64,000 nt of DNA, from the IMG/VR virus record IMGVR_UViG_2645727538_000003, one strand, 5' to 3'. The first letter of the stretch is position 1, and every line of letters begins with the position of its first letter. Positions 18,814 through 29,428 of this stretch are shown one piece after another. Under the pieces are notes generated by a model. That model saw only the letters and a list, made by a program, of their open reading frames with translations. It did not search any database and was not told the origin of the DNA. A program made the position numbers and the translations under genes. The stretch comes from a virus.

Positions 18814-19785
18814 TTATTTAGATAGAAGATCTTTTAGGTCATCCAAGATTACAGACATGACGTTTACTTGTTTGCGGCTGCATTCAGTCACTTTAACTCC
18901 CTTGCCTAAATGCTTCTCTGTAATCTCATTAACCTCTTCCAATCGTCCCTCTCCATTGAGCTTAATTCCAACTTCTTTGATTTGCTCCATCAAAGAGTCA
19001 TAATCAAGCTCCTCTGAAGCATTGTTTTGTTTTTGCTCTTCATATGTAACAGCAACAATACCTTCTGCTTCTTCCTGTCTTTCAACTGCCTCGATAATGG
19101 CCTTCTCCAGGTTCTCTGCAGTGAATTCAGGAAGGTATGTGTCAATGTAATCGAATCGGCTGCGTGCAAAGTGCTCTTCTGTTTCAGCCAACCAAGCGCT
19201 TGATTTGATAACCTTTCTGTCTTCATCAACACCATTAGAACTTAGATAAAGTACAATATCACTGTTATCAATAACAGGGGCCAATACACGTTTATCACCC
19301 TTAGGATAAACTTTTCCTTTTTTGTCCTCTGCAGCATGAGCAATAAAGATAACGGTGAATCCTACACCAATCAGTTTATTAATTTCTTCCCATACTTCTG
19401 TTTCATACTCTTTCCAAAGACCAAACCCATCATTTCCATCTTTAATCCGTTCTACATCATATTGTTCGCAAACATATCTGGTTGCATATTTAGCAAATGC
19501 ATCTACTTCATCAACAATAATTGTCTGATACGTTTCTTTTGCCTTTTCTGCATTTTTGGTTAACTGTTTATTAACCTTCTTAAAATCCGCCCAGCTATTA
19601 ATAGCCATAAATTTAACGCCTGCGATGGCATTCAAACCTTTTTCAAATGGCAAGTATAAAGGCTTCGTCATTCGTGTGCTTTGTTTTGTCTTACCCAAGT
19701 TGTTAGAACCATAGATAGTAATAACTTTTCCTTCTAAACCTTTTGCGACTACTGAAACCTGAGGATTGAAAATATCGATTGCCAT
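18814..19785 (-). CDS. yorG: AAA-family ATPase (Sak4-like single-strand annealing candidate)
   Basis: YGSNNLGKT Walker A; IIVDEVD Walker B; FIAH. Confidence 0.85.
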   Translation of the reverse strand: MAIDIFNPQVSVVAKGLEGKVITIYGSNNLGKTKQSTRMTKPLYLPFEKGLNAIAGVKFMAINSWADFKKVNKQLTKNAEKAKETYQTIIVDEVDAFAKYATRYVCEQYDVERIKDGNDGFGLWKEYETEVWEEINKLIGVGFTVIFIAHAAEDKKGKVYPKGDKRVLAPVIDNSDIVLYLSSNGVDEDRKVIKSSAWLAETEEHFARSRFDYIDTYLPEFTAENLEKAIIEAVERQEEAEGIVAVTYEEQKQNNASEELDYDSLMEQIKEVGIKLNGEGRLEEVNEITEKHLGKGVKVTECSRKQVNVMSVILDDLKDLLSK

Positions 19786-19874
19786 TTAAACTCTCCTTTA
19801 ATTATGATTTGATGGGTGAGTCAAAGCCCACCCCAGTTATGTATTTTTTAGTTTAATTATTTTATTTTTATCCT

Positions 19875-20801
19875 TTAAAAAGGTAGGTCATCATCTGAAA
19901 TTTCAACCGGCTTTGAAGGCTTGTTATTAGGAGCACTTCCGCCAAACCCAGACTTTTTATTGTTCTCATTGTCACTTTCATTCTTAAGTCCATCTAGGTA
20001 AATCTCTCTTTCAGTCAACGCTTTTTTAATTGCATCTGCATTAAAAGCATTCTTACTATCCTCGTCATATGGATCATTGCCACCTGTAATTAGGTACTCT
20101 CTTTTCGAATTAGTAGTGATTTCTTTCTTGTCTTCACCAAATGCTGCTGTTTTGGTCGTTACTTTTTGCTCTTTGAAGTTAATAATCTTTCCAAAAACAT
20201 TAACCGTAGACCCTTTATCATAATTATTTTCAACGTATTGAGACCCTTCTTTTGTGACTACAAATTCAAACGGAATTACTTTCCCACCATATAAAGGAAT
20301 ATAACCATTTAAATTAACTCTGCCCGTTTCTTCACCTTTTACTTTTTCTTCGGTTACATTCTTTACAAACAGCTCAACATCAAATTCTGCTCTTGGATTG
20401 AATTCTTCATTGGCGTCCAGTCTATTTACAAAGTTAGTCGTTAACTGTGGATACGCCTTTAAAATCCCTTGAGAGTAATATTCATTCAATCCAATCTTTC
20501 CTTGGGTAATTCTCACTTTGTCAGCTTCGTCTCTCCCATGTTCTGCAATGGACTTATATTCACTAATAATGGTTTGATAACCTTTTGCAATAGCATTATC
20601 TGTGCCATCAGCTTTCTTATATTTTGAAAAGCCTTTTACTGTATGCACTTCATTTGGTGCAACCTCAATATCTAGTTCAATATTTAGCCCTTTACCACTT
20701 TTCCACTCAGTGTGTTTTACCTCAGCAAGTGTCCCCTCAATAGTTACAACATTTGATGCTTCACGTAATACTGTTTTATTTTCTGCCATGTAAATAATCA
20801 A
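19875..20801 (-). CDS. yorF: Putative ssDNA-binding protein (tandem OB-like)
   Basis: Acidic C-terminal tail ending DDDLPF; position in the replication block. Confidence 0.8.
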   Translation of the reverse strand: MIIYMAENKTVLREASNVVTIEGTLAEVKHTEWKSGKGLNIELDIEVAPNEVHTVKGFSKYKKADGTDNAIAKGYQTIISEYKSIAEHGRDEADKVRITQGKIGLNEYYSQGILKAYPQLTTNFVNRLDANEEFNPRAEFDVELFVKNVTEEKVKGEETGRVNLNGYIPLYGGKVIPFEFVVTKEGSQYVENNYDKGSTVNVFGKIINFKEQKVTTKTAAFGEDKKEITTNSKREYLITGGNDPYDEDSKNAFNADAIKKALTEREIYLDGLKNESDNENNKKSGFGGSAPNNKPSKPVEISDDDLPF

Positions 20802-20810
20802 CCTCTTCCT

Positions 20811-21194
20811 TTAATTATTAATTTTATTTTCATTCTTAAAATGCCTATAATGAGACTTGCTACTAAACTTACAATCCTTGATACCAAGTAGCTTATTTAA
20901 TTCTATGTATCTCTTTTTTGGAAAGTCCCAAGGTTCAGGATCACCTTTTACATTTTCAATCCTTATTACTGTTCCATGTCGGATTGTAATCTTTAAGTTT
21001 CCGTATGAATATGTTTTAGAAAAAAGACCTCTTTTAATTCCTCTTGGTTTAAATTCCTTTACCAACATCACATTCCTGGTTAATTTTCTTCTTGCTTGGT
21101 CTTCGTCAATGTCGTAATTCCTTTTTACATCATTTTTGTAGGTATGTAAGGCTACTGCAGATACTTTCAGTATCTTTAATTCCTTTTTCATCAC
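20811..21194 (-). CDS. yorE: YorE-like protein
   Basis: Synteny (first gene of the replication operon) and size. Confidence 0.65.
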   Translation of the reverse strand: MMKKELKILKVSAVALHTYKNDVKRNYDIDEDQARRKLTRNVMLVKEFKPRGIKRGLFSKTYSYGNLKITIRHGTVIRIENVKGDPEPWDFPKKRYIELNKLLGIKDCKFSSKSHYRHFKNENKINN

Positions 21195-21314
21195 TTTCCT
21201 CCTTTCTCTCTTTGGGATAACTTAATCTTACATCACTAAATCAGATTGGTCAATAACTATTTTATTTTTATTCTCAAAAATTTTGACTTCACATATGTTT
21301 TATTGATTATAAAT

Positions 21315-21343
21315 AAAGAAGAACCCTGCGATGGCAAGGTTCT
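21315..21343 (-). terminator. Terminator after the protease gene
   Basis: Minus strand AGAACCTTGC-CATC-GCAGGGTTCT-TCTTT. Confidence 0.7.
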
Positions 21344-21353
21344 GTAATTAAGG

Positions 21354-22361
21354 TCATTGTGTGTTAGCATACGAAATAAAATCACGCATTGGCTTAGTCA
21401 TTTTTGGGCCACCATTATCTCCGGAAGAATAAGCTGCGTTATGTAGCCCTATAATTTGACCACTTGAATTTAGCATAGCTGCGCCTGACTGACCACTCGC
21501 TGTGTCTATGCTATAATATGCGACATTTTTGTCTTCTGAAGTCACTTTCCCAGACATGCCAAATTGAGAAACTGCGCCATATTTTTTACTCAAATCTCCA
21601 GGATAACCAGTTATGCTAATAGTCGTTCCTTTAATATTTGTAACTTGTTTAGTTGGTAGCACCCCAACAACATCACCTATATTTTTCCCTGGAGTTGGTT
21701 TCAGCTTGATTACTGCAAAATCATATTGCGATGAACCCTTAGAACTGATGTATCCTTGGGGAACAAGATATTTTTTCATTTCATAAGCACCGTATGAATA
21801 GTGAGAATCATTCAATCCAGGAATAGCATACCCATATTTAATATACTGTTTTTCATCTGTATCATATACACAATGAGCATTTGTAATTATCATGTCTTTC
21901 CCAATCACATTACCTGTACAAGTATAGCTGTATTTGCTGTTTTCACCATAAAAATATGAAATCATTTTATATGGAGACACGTTAGTATTCTTAACTTTAG
22001 TTCGACCGTCTGAACCAATGACTTTAGTGGGCTTGAATATTTGAGAGTTATCTATTTTAGCTGGTAGTAATGTTCTTTTGTCAAAGATTTTTTCCGGTTT
22101 TAATTTGGAAGTGTCGAATTTTTTAAAATCTTTAGAATCGAATTTTTCTCCAGTACCGCTTACATATTTGTCAGGAAGCTTTATACCGGCACTCTTAGCT
22201 GTATTTTCAATTTCAGAATACGGAACAACTTCACCATCCGAAGTAACCATGTCATAGGGACTAGTTTCTTTAGTTTTCCCAAGAGCAATCAGTGGCAATG
22301 AAACTATCAAAAGAAAAAATACACTGGAAACAACCAACTTCTTCATCATTTTCCCTCCCAA
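21354..22361 (-). CDS. Secreted trypsin-like serine protease (glutamyl endopeptidase/Mpr-like)
   Basis: Signal peptide and propeptide; triad motifs ITNAHC, YDFAVIKL, GQSGAAM. Confidence 0.9.
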   Translation of the reverse strand: MGGKMMKKLVVSSVFFLLIVSLPLIALGKTKETSPYDMVTSDGEVVPYSEIENTAKSAGIKLPDKYVSGTGEKFDSKDFKKFDTSKLKPEKIFDKRTLLPAKIDNSQIFKPTKVIGSDGRTKVKNTNVSPYKMISYFYGENSKYSYTCTGNVIGKDMIITNAHCVYDTDEKQYIKYGYAIPGLNDSHYSYGAYEMKKYLVPQGYISSKGSSQYDFAVIKLKPTPGKNIGDVVGVLPTKQVTNIKGTTISITGYPGDLSKKYGAVSQFGMSGKVTSEDKNVAYYSIDTASGQSGAAMLNSSGQIIGLHNAAYSSGDNGGPKMTKPMRDFISYANTQ

Positions 22362-22412
22362 TCATTTGTTCATTTTTATATTATATGATAATAATTGGGA
22401 ATTCAAGAATAT

Positions 22413-22769
22413 TTATTGAATTCTTTCAAATTTTGAGATGGTTGTTTTTGGCGGTGAAGATTCATTTAATTTTTTATACCAGATACGAACTTTTTGTCCT
22501 TTTTTCAAGTCATTTTTATTATCAAGTTGACTAAGTCCCAGTAAAATTATATCTGTTCTATACCTTTCAATAATCTCTTTTGCATTTAGATTCTCATAGT
22601 CTTTAACATTAGCTTTTTCATTAGGTATGAAAATTGCTTGATTCTCTCCTTTGAAAATGACATAGCCAACCATGGTTTGCTCTTCTTCGGCAAGATTTTT
22701 ACTATGTTGGTTTTGACATCCTAATGTTACACACAACAAAATTGACAACATTAGAAAAACTCTGTACAA
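22413..22769 (-). CDS. Lipoprotein (YobA/DUF3221-like OB fold)
   Basis: Lipobox TLGC; LKKGQKVRIWY...ESSPP pattern. Confidence 0.7.
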   Translation of the reverse strand: MYRVFLMLSILLCVTLGCQNQHSKNLAEEEQTMVGYVIFKGENQAIFIPNEKANVKDYENLNAKEIIERYRTDIILLGLSQLDNKNDLKKGQKVRIWYKKLNESSPPKTTISKFERIQ

Positions 22770-22827
22770 ATTAAAACCACCCTTCTCAAGTATTTAGCAC
22801 AAATGTAAACTGTTTCTCATTTAAGAT

Positions 22828-23205
22828 TTAAACAACCTCACTCCAAGACCACATGTTCATTGTCTGCATCGTAAAACCATCAGGAAGCTTTTTCATTTTA
22901 ACATTCACATTGTATCTCTTCCCAGTAGTCTTATGGATCACAGCAAGTTCTTCACCATCATAGAACCGCACAATTGCTTCATTAAATTCAATTGGCTGAT
23001 CAACCACATAACCTTCTTTAAGCGCTCTGATATACAGATAAGGATCTGCCTTATAAAGCTCATATAGTCTATTACCAAAGTCTTCGTGTTTATCTCTAAG
23101 TAGGTTAAAATTAATCAGGGATATGTACAGTTTTTCAGATAAGCTCAGTTTGTTCTTGAAATACCGAATTGCTTCATCTTGTTCTTTGCTTAAAATATTG
23201 GTCAT
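22828..23205 (-). CDS. Conserved SPbeta-type protein (yorC-like)
   Basis: Synteny after yorA; 125 aa. Confidence 0.6.
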   Translation of the reverse strand: MTNILSKEQDEAIRYFKNKLSLSEKLYISLINFNLLRDKHEDFGNRLYELYKADPYLYIRALKEGYVVDQPIEFNEAIVRFYDGEELAVIHKTTGKRYNVNVKMKKLPDGFTMQTMNMWSWSEVV

Positions 23206-23243
23206 ATATCCATCTCCTAATCTTATTAAAACTACAGTTTTAT

Positions 23244-24986
23244 TTAGACCACAATATCTCCTTCTGCAGTCTTCAGCGTTCCACTGTCATATGTGTTATA
23301 AATTAAGGTTGTATTCTTTGCTTTATCTGTGCAATATGGGTGGGATAATAACTTGCCACCAATTCCGCGCACGTCGTTTCTGACGAGACGTACCTTGTTT
23401 GTATTCTCCAAATAAACACCATATCCTTGGTCTGCTGAACGATTGAACATGATCTCATTATCCTTTAATATATGTTCTGAACCGCCAGTCAGTTGGATGG
23501 CGATTAATGATTTACAGAAATAAACCTGATTCTCACTAATCTGGCAACTGTATTTCTCAGGGGTGCCTTTAATTGCAACATTCCTAGGCTCATGAATTTC
23601 ATTTCGATGCAGTGAGACAGAAGAGTCTTTATCCCAAAAGATGCCGTATCCACTCCCACTTAACAACAAGTCATTTCCCTTTAAACGAACTGACTGAGAC
23701 CTTTCGCAATAAATTCCACCATATACATTAGCAAACTCATTATTAACGAGACTGATTCGGGTAGAGTCCATTATCTTTGCAGCATAAGACGAGCTCGTTC
23801 CTTTTCCTTTGGTATTCACAACCTTAATATCATTTGAGTTTCTAACCTGGACTTGAACACAATCACTGTTTTCTATCCTGTTGTCCGTAATTAAAAAGTC
23901 CTCTGCTTGATGTGTTGCAATAGGGCATGCTTTTATTTTTTCAAAAGTATTATTTGATACTGTGCCACCCTTTCCTCTTACACAAATGCCCACTTCAAAG
24001 CCACTAATCGTATTGCCATCAATTTGAACTCTGTTTCCAGACTCAGTACTTGAAACACCTACCGAGTCAATTCCATAAGTCTTAATTTCATTTTCATTGA
24101 TGATCTTGTTATTTTTGATACTGACATCCGTGCTATATCCATAGGAAATAACATGGTCGCTGTAGTTTCCTTCAATAATTACCTTGCCGCTTGTGTGAGC
24201 TGTAACAGATCCACGTCCATTGTTTTTAAATCTGCAGTTTCGCACAGTTAATTTATACGGGTGATCGTATTTAATTCCGTTTTCTCCAAAGCCCTCTAAA
24301 TCAATTCCTAATTGTGGCCCAATTGTATCTCCTCCAGCTTCCTCTATATCACAGTCATCGACAAGAAGACCTTCACAACCATTGGTAGCCAGATTATTTC
24401 TTCTTCCTCTTAAAAGCGTACACTTTCGAACGGTTACATTCTTTGAAGGCGTATATGTTCCTGAAGTGTTCATCATTCCATCAGCCGCTATCCAAATGTT
24501 GTCTCCAATACAGTCAGAAACTTGTACATTTTCAATTAGCACATTGCTACTTCCATTAACATGGATACCAAAGCCCCATTCATGCGTCTTCTTAATTGAG
24601 GTAATTTTTGAATAATCATGCTCATGTCGATCCCCAATAATTTGACCGCCACGAATCGTAACATTACTTGCTTGGCCGATATAAAAACAGGAGTAACCCT
24701 GATAATCATTTGGCTGCACTTTAAATATAGCCTCTGGATGAAGTATTAGCTCAATATTCGAAGGAACATTGATACCTCCACCGAATTCAGGTAACCGCTT
24801 TGACGTATTCACTGCATCAATTAGGTAGATACCTTTTGGAACATATACTTTATAGAATGATTTTGAGCATGCATACTCTAAAGCTCGGTTTAATCCTTCT
24901 GTTGTTTCAATTGCATTTGACCCTTTATCATCAATTCCCCAATCCAGAGCATCAACAAAATAGTATAAGGGCTGTTGCATGTTCAT
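23244..24986 (-). CDS. yorA: Right-handed parallel beta-helix (pectin-lyase-like) protein
   Basis: VYVPKGIYLID; repeated N-I-x-I-x-N-x-x-I beta-helix units; GIDLEG; 580 aa. Confidence 0.85.
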   Translation of the reverse strand: MNMQQPLYYFVDALDWGIDDKGSNAIETTEGLNRALEYACSKSFYKVYVPKGIYLIDAVNTSKRLPEFGGGINVPSNIELILHPEAIFKVQPNDYQGYSCFYIGQASNVTIRGGQIIGDRHEHDYSKITSIKKTHEWGFGIHVNGSSNVLIENVQVSDCIGDNIWIAADGMMNTSGTYTPSKNVTVRKCTLLRGRRNNLATNGCEGLLVDDCDIEEAGGDTIGPQLGIDLEGFGENGIKYDHPYKLTVRNCRFKNNGRGSVTAHTSGKVIIEGNYSDHVISYGYSTDVSIKNNKIINENEIKTYGIDSVGVSSTESGNRVQIDGNTISGFEVGICVRGKGGTVSNNTFEKIKACPIATHQAEDFLITDNRIENSDCVQVQVRNSNDIKVVNTKGKGTSSSYAAKIMDSTRISLVNNEFANVYGGIYCERSQSVRLKGNDLLLSGSGYGIFWDKDSSVSLHRNEIHEPRNVAIKGTPEKYSCQISENQVYFCKSLIAIQLTGGSEHILKDNEIMFNRSADQGYGVYLENTNKVRLVRNDVRGIGGKLLSHPYCTDKAKNTTLIYNTYDSGTLKTAEGDIVV

Positions 24987-25807
24987 GTTGTCAAACCCTT
25001 CCCTTCTACATTTTCATTGAGAAACCCTGATAGAGTGTCAATGAAGTTATAAAAGGTCTCATTTCTTGTACCAGAGCGTCCTTTCAGAGAAAAGGTGTTG
25101 AACATTGATTTGCGTAGTCCAGTGCTCAATTCCAGTTGAATGCTCTTTCCTGTTTTATTTTTATTGGCCACGTTATTTGGACTGCTACCGGATAGCCTCG
25201 TTCCCTCATCTAGAAGCTCTGCAGAGTAGCCGGCATTATTTAATGTACTTGTTATCGCTTCAGCTTTGTCCCGGTCTGTGCCGCCAACTAGAACATGTTG
25301 ATCATTACTTGCATAACCGTGAAGTGACAATGTGAACTCATGCCCCTTCAACATTTCAAGTGCTTGTGGTTCATCAAAATTCGTACTGGTTAAATGCAAA
25401 TCAAAGGCTCCTGGTGTCTTTAAAGCTTCAAAAAGATATGTAGAGTATGTTTCGCTTAATTCCTTTGCAAGCTCGCTTGTTCCCCCTTCTATGCCACCTC
25501 CATGGGGAGCAAGAATTAATACATCAGTGTCTTGCTCTTTTGAGAACACGCTAAAATTGAACGGTGATTCATTCGCTTTAAGCTCTTCAAAATTTCGATA
25601 CTTGTCCGCTGCTAAAATACTCACTGGATTCAGGAATGAAACCAGAGCAGTCACCAGGACTGGAAAAGTCTTCTTAACTGTGATACACTTTAATAGCTTC
25701 GTAGTGATACGATGCATGCAGAGTTGGGGGTGCGTCCCAATGCTAACCCTCTCTGCCTCTTCAATCTTTTTTAAAAAATCCTCTATTCTGTTTTTAATCC
25801 TTAACAA
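24983..25807 (-). CDS. pghZ: Poly-gamma-glutamate hydrolase family protein
   Basis: DKYRNFEEL, APHGGGIEGGTSE, HLTSTNFDEP, SLHGY and QLELS motifs; yoqZ position. Confidence 0.88.
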   Translation of the reverse strand: MLRIKNRIEDFLKKIEEAERVSIGTHPQLCMHRITTKLLKCITVKKTFPVLVTALVSFLNPVSILAADKYRNFEELKANESPFNFSVFSKEQDTDVLILAPHGGGIEGGTSELAKELSETYSTYLFEALKTPGAFDLHLTSTNFDEPQALEMLKGHEFTLSLHGYASNDQHVLVGGTDRDKAEAITSTLNNAGYSAELLDEGTRLSGSSPNNVANKNKTGKSIQLELSTGLRKSMFNTFSLKGRSGTRNETFYNFIDTLSGFLNENVEGKGLTT

Positions 25808-26096
25808 TTAATAACCACTCCTTTTATTTTTGTTTTATTCTTAAAACTCCAATCACACAGGTAACTCACATTGTTATCACCCCCTTAAATAAAAAATTGA
25901 TTTTATTTAGACATACAAGTTAAATCCAAGACACAATATTACCGCATTCTAAATGCACGTGTTCCCAATCTCCTTCCCAAGGCCCTTCTACCAAGTCAAC
26001 CTCATAATCAACTTCATCTTTTTCGATTACTTTTTCACATTCGTTGCAGAAGCAGGTAAACATTTTCACTCCTCCTCTTTCTGTAAAATATCGTTT

Positions 26097-26534
26097 TTAT
26101 TTAGACTCTAAAAGCTCAGGATCTTCGTAAATGTTGCCGATGACTTCTAAATCAACATGAGCTACAAATACAGTAGTCAAGCCTCGCTTTATTCTCTTGA
26201 ATCTAAAACCTGGCACCTCTTTTGTCCAATAGATCCCGTCTGAAGCATGTTCAGCAACTTCTTCCTTCCACAAAACTTCTAATAGCTCATTTGAATTATC
26301 ACGGTGGTTCCTTACAATGTCTCCCTCATAAATCTCCTGACCGTTTTTGTCCTTCAGCCCGGTATATTGCAAATAAATTAGATGGTGCAACGTTTTAAAA
26401 TTAGGTTCGTCTTCTGTGATGTCTGTAGCAACAATACCGCTTCCACCAAACTCAAAAACAATGTCATCTTCTTCGCCTAAATAAAGCATTCTTTCTTTGA
26501 CATCGTCCCATGCCCGAAACTTGGTTTCCCTCAT
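26097..26534 (-). CDS. YopX-family protein
   Basis: KFRAWD; QYTGLKDKNGQEIYEGDIV; EVIGNIYEDPELL. Confidence 0.88.
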   Translation of the reverse strand: MRETKFRAWDDVKERMLYLGEEDDIVFEFGGSGIVATDITEDEPNFKTLHHLIYLQYTGLKDKNGQEIYEGDIVRNHRDNSNELLEVLWKEEVAEHASDGIYWTKEVPGFRFKRIKRGLTTVFVAHVDLEVIGNIYEDPELLESK

Positions 26535-26716
26535 TCTGCCGCCTCCTTTAAAGCTCTTTGATAGAAATAATTTCTGTGGGGTTCTGCTTCAGGGAAAGCA
26601 CAGCAGAATAATGACAAAGTTTCATCCAAAGGCACATCAAAAGTAATCTTTTGCAGTGACTTAAATTCCTGATAGTATTTATCTAAAAATTGTTTTCTTT
26701 TTTGAAAGTCGTTCAT
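26531..26716 (-). CDS. Hypothetical protein
   Basis: ORF track; GGAGG RBS; ATGA overlap with the YopX gene. Confidence 0.55.
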   Translation of the reverse strand: MNDFQKRKQFLDKYYQEFKSLQKITFDVPLDETLSLFCCAFPEAEPHRNYFYQRALKEAAE

Positions 26717-26801
26717 TTCGCCGCCTCCATTTTCAATTTAAATTCATCTTTTTAAATCTATGTTTTTTATCTTCATCGAAGCTATCCGCTCTCGCCGATT
26801 A

Positions 26802-27059
26802 TCACACAATTATTTTATTTTTATCAAATAAATCAATTATGTAAGCCTCGTACATCTCATCCCAATAAGGATCTGTTCTTGCTATGTATTTCTTTGCTTT
26901 TCCATTCTCCTCAATTTTAAAGGTTTGCCCCTTTCGGATATCCGTGAACTTCTTCTTTGTCCATATGCCTCTAATCAACACTTCAACTTCTTTTACCTCA
27001 ACTGTTTGCCGCTGCATCACATTCCTCCTTTTTGATTTTCGTGTATCAAGCCTGTACAA
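26802..27059 (-). CDS. Hypothetical protein (yoqX-like; likely start MQRQTV)
   Basis: Divergent from the SRAP gene, as in SPbeta. Confidence 0.55.
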   Translation of the reverse strand: MYRLDTRKSKRRNVMQRQTVEVKEVEVLIRGIWTKKKFTDIRKGQTFKIEENGKAKKYIARTDPYWDEMYEAYIIDLFDKNKIIV

Positions 27060-27087
27060 TATTCAAAAACCCTAAAGGATGATGAAC

Positions 27088-27762
27088 ATGTGCGGCAGGT
27101 TCACTTTATTCTCTGAGTTTGACGACATTATCGAACAGTTCAATATAGATCAATTTTTGTCTGAAAACGAATACCATCCAAGCTATAACGTTGCTCCTTC
27201 ACAAAACATCCTGACAATCATTAATGATGGATCAAACAACCGTATGGGTAAGCTTAGATGGGGTCTTATCCCTCCTTGGGCCAAAGATGAAAAGATCGGC
27301 TATAAAATGATCAATGCTCGAGCTGAGACATTGGCCGAGAAACCCAGCTTTCGAAAGCCACTCGTAAGCAAACGTTGTATCATCCCAGCTGACAGTTTTT
27401 ATGAATGGAAGCGTCTTGACCCAAAGACTAAGGTTCCTATGAGGATTAAACTTAAATCATCCAACCTCTTTGCATTTGCCGGCTTATATGAAAAGTGGAA
27501 TACGCCAGAAGGCAATCCGCTATATACCTGCACAATCATTACTACAAAACCCAATGAGTTGATGGAGGACATCCATGATCGGATGCCGGTCATTCTCACT
27601 GACAAGAACGAAAAGGAATGGCTAAACCCCAAAAACACCGATCCTGATTATCTTCAAAGCTTACTGCTTCCGTATGATGCTAATGACATGGAAGCTTATC
27701 AAGTTTCATCCTTAGTTAACTCGCCTAAAAACAACTCACCGGAACTGATTGAATCCCATTAA
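27088..27762 (+). CDS. yoqW: SRAP (abasic-site processing) protein
   Basis: N-terminal MCGRF; PSYNVAPS; INARAET; IHDRMPVIL. Confidence 0.93.
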   Translation: MCGRFTLFSEFDDIIEQFNIDQFLSENEYHPSYNVAPSQNILTIINDGSNNRMGKLRWGLIPPWAKDEKIGYKMINARAETLAEKPSFRKPLVSKRCIIPADSFYEWKRLDPKTKVPMRIKLKSSNLFAFAGLYEKWNTPEGNPLYTCTIITTKPNELMEDIHDRMPVILTDKNEKEWLNPKNTDPDYLQSLLLPYDANDMEAYQVSSLVNSPKNNSPELIESH

Positions 27763-27831
27763 GTACCACAGTCATTTTGCTTTATATATCACCTTCGCTT
27801 AGCTATTATGTTCTAAGTAGGAGGTGATATT

Positions 27832-28644
27832 TTGTTTGTATCGCCAATGTTATTACATTCAATCAAAGAACCATTTGATGACGATGGTTATATTACCGAG
27901 CTGAAGTTTGATGGAATTAGACTGATCCTCTCCAAGTTTAATGATCAGATAAAGCTTTACACTCGTCACAACAATGAGGTAACAAGCAAGTTCCCAGAAC
28001 TGTTGGATATCGATATCCCCAATGGAACTGTATTAGACGGGGAAATCATTGTAGCTGCGCCAGGCGGTGCTCCTGATTTTGAAGCTGTCATGGAACGCTT
28101 TATGTCTAAGAAATCAGCTCATAAGGTGGTTTACTGTGTATTTGATGTAATTTATATTGATGGGTGTTCAATCGCTAATAAGCCGCTCATTGAACGAAAG
28201 AGCATGCTTTCAGACTTAAACCTAGACCACGATAATTTCTTTGTAATCGAAGGCCTGCAAGGAAACGGATTAGCTTATTTTAATCTGGCCAAAGAAAAGC
28301 ATCTTGAAGGAATCGTACTAAAGAAAGCTAACTCCCCTTATGAAATCAATAAACGTTCCCATAGCTGGCTGAAAGTGATTAATTATGATTACACAGATGT
28401 GCTTATCACCGGCTACACCAAAGAGGATATAAAATTTCTTCTGTCTTATCCTGATGGTACTGCAGCCGGAATAATGGAGTTCATGTCGAACGCAGAACGA
28501 AGTAAATTCCACTCTATGAAACAAGTAAAGTCTGAAACTGACGAATATGTATTTGTAGAACCGATCTTATGTAAGGTTAAGCACAGATTTAAGACTAAAC
28601 ATGGTAAACTCCGTATACCTTCCTTTGAATTCTGGAGAGTCTAA
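27832..28644 (+). CDS. ligB: ATP-dependent DNA ligase
   Basis: ELKFDGIR, LDGEI, VFDVI, EGIVLK and WLKV motifs. Confidence 0.93.
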   Translation: MFVSPMLLHSIKEPFDDDGYITELKFDGIRLILSKFNDQIKLYTRHNNEVTSKFPELLDIDIPNGTVLDGEIIVAAPGGAPDFEAVMERFMSKKSAHKVVYCVFDVIYIDGCSIANKPLIERKSMLSDLNLDHDNFFVIEGLQGNGLAYFNLAKEKHLEGIVLKKANSPYEINKRSHSWLKVINYDYTDVLITGYTKEDIKFLLSYPDGTAAGIMEFMSNAERSKFHSMKQVKSETDEYVFVEPILCKVKHRFKTKHGKLRIPSFEFWRV

Positions 28645-28756
28645 TCTCTCCGTTACATAATTCCTTAGTCCAAAGTTAATTAATCTCAATGAAAATTTAG
28701 TACAAGAATCAATTAGTTTAAAATTTTATTTGCTGTTGAATAAGACCTTTAGTGAT

Positions 28757-29122
28757 TTAATTGGTCATATCTTTTATAAATTCAAATTGCCCTTTTTTAT
28801 CTAATTTTAAAAACAAATCAATCCGATCTTGTGAACTGCTTTTCCCTCTAACTTCGCTCATTTTCGCTCGAAACATTTCTTCTGCAGATACTCCATGATC
28901 TTTTGCGATCCAATAAATATCATTTAACAGTTTTTGTGCATTATTATTAGACCAGATTGTATATGGGAACCGGTTTGGAATTGCTGTAGTTTCATCATCT
29001 GGAGCTGCTACCGTATATGGCAATGACCTGTCAAATATCTCAGTATGATAGTCATACCACAACCAGAGCATGTCAGCAGTATTATTTATGCAATATCCTA
29101 AGCAATCACGTTGAAAATTCAT
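28757..29122 (-). CDS. Hypothetical protein
   Basis: ORF track; GGGGAG RBS. Confidence 0.6.
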   Translation of the reverse strand: MNFQRDCLGYCINNTADMLWLWYDYHTEIFDRSLPYTVAAPDDETTAIPNRFPYTIWSNNNAQKLLNDIYWIAKDHGVSAEEMFRAKMSEVRGKSSSQDRIDLFLKLDKKGQFEFIKDMTN

Positions 29123-29218
29123 CTGTTCTCCCCTTTTGAATAAATTAACTATTTTATTTTGATCCTTTAATAATCACCAAATATCATAGCCCACAAAATC
29201 ATTTAGAATATTCGTCAT

Positions 29219-29428
29219 TTATTCCCCTCCTCCATTTCCATATCCGCTATGGGAACTACTTCCGAATAACCCGAGGGAAACGACTAATGCTGTTATAAAC
29301 GACGACAGTATAAGGGGAATCAAAAATACTGCCAAGCCGGTATAGTTACCCGACTCAAATGTAATAAGCTGTGTGATCGAATATGCGAAAAAGAAAACAT
29401 ATGCCCCGTACGTAATCCAAAACCGCAA
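29219..29428 (-). CDS. Small two-TM membrane protein
   Basis: Two hydrophobic segments; starts 1 nt after the upstream stop. Confidence 0.55.
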   Translation of the reverse strand: MRFWITYGAYVFFFAYSITQLITFESGNYTGLAVFLIPLILSSFITALVVSLGLFGSSSHSGYGNGGGE

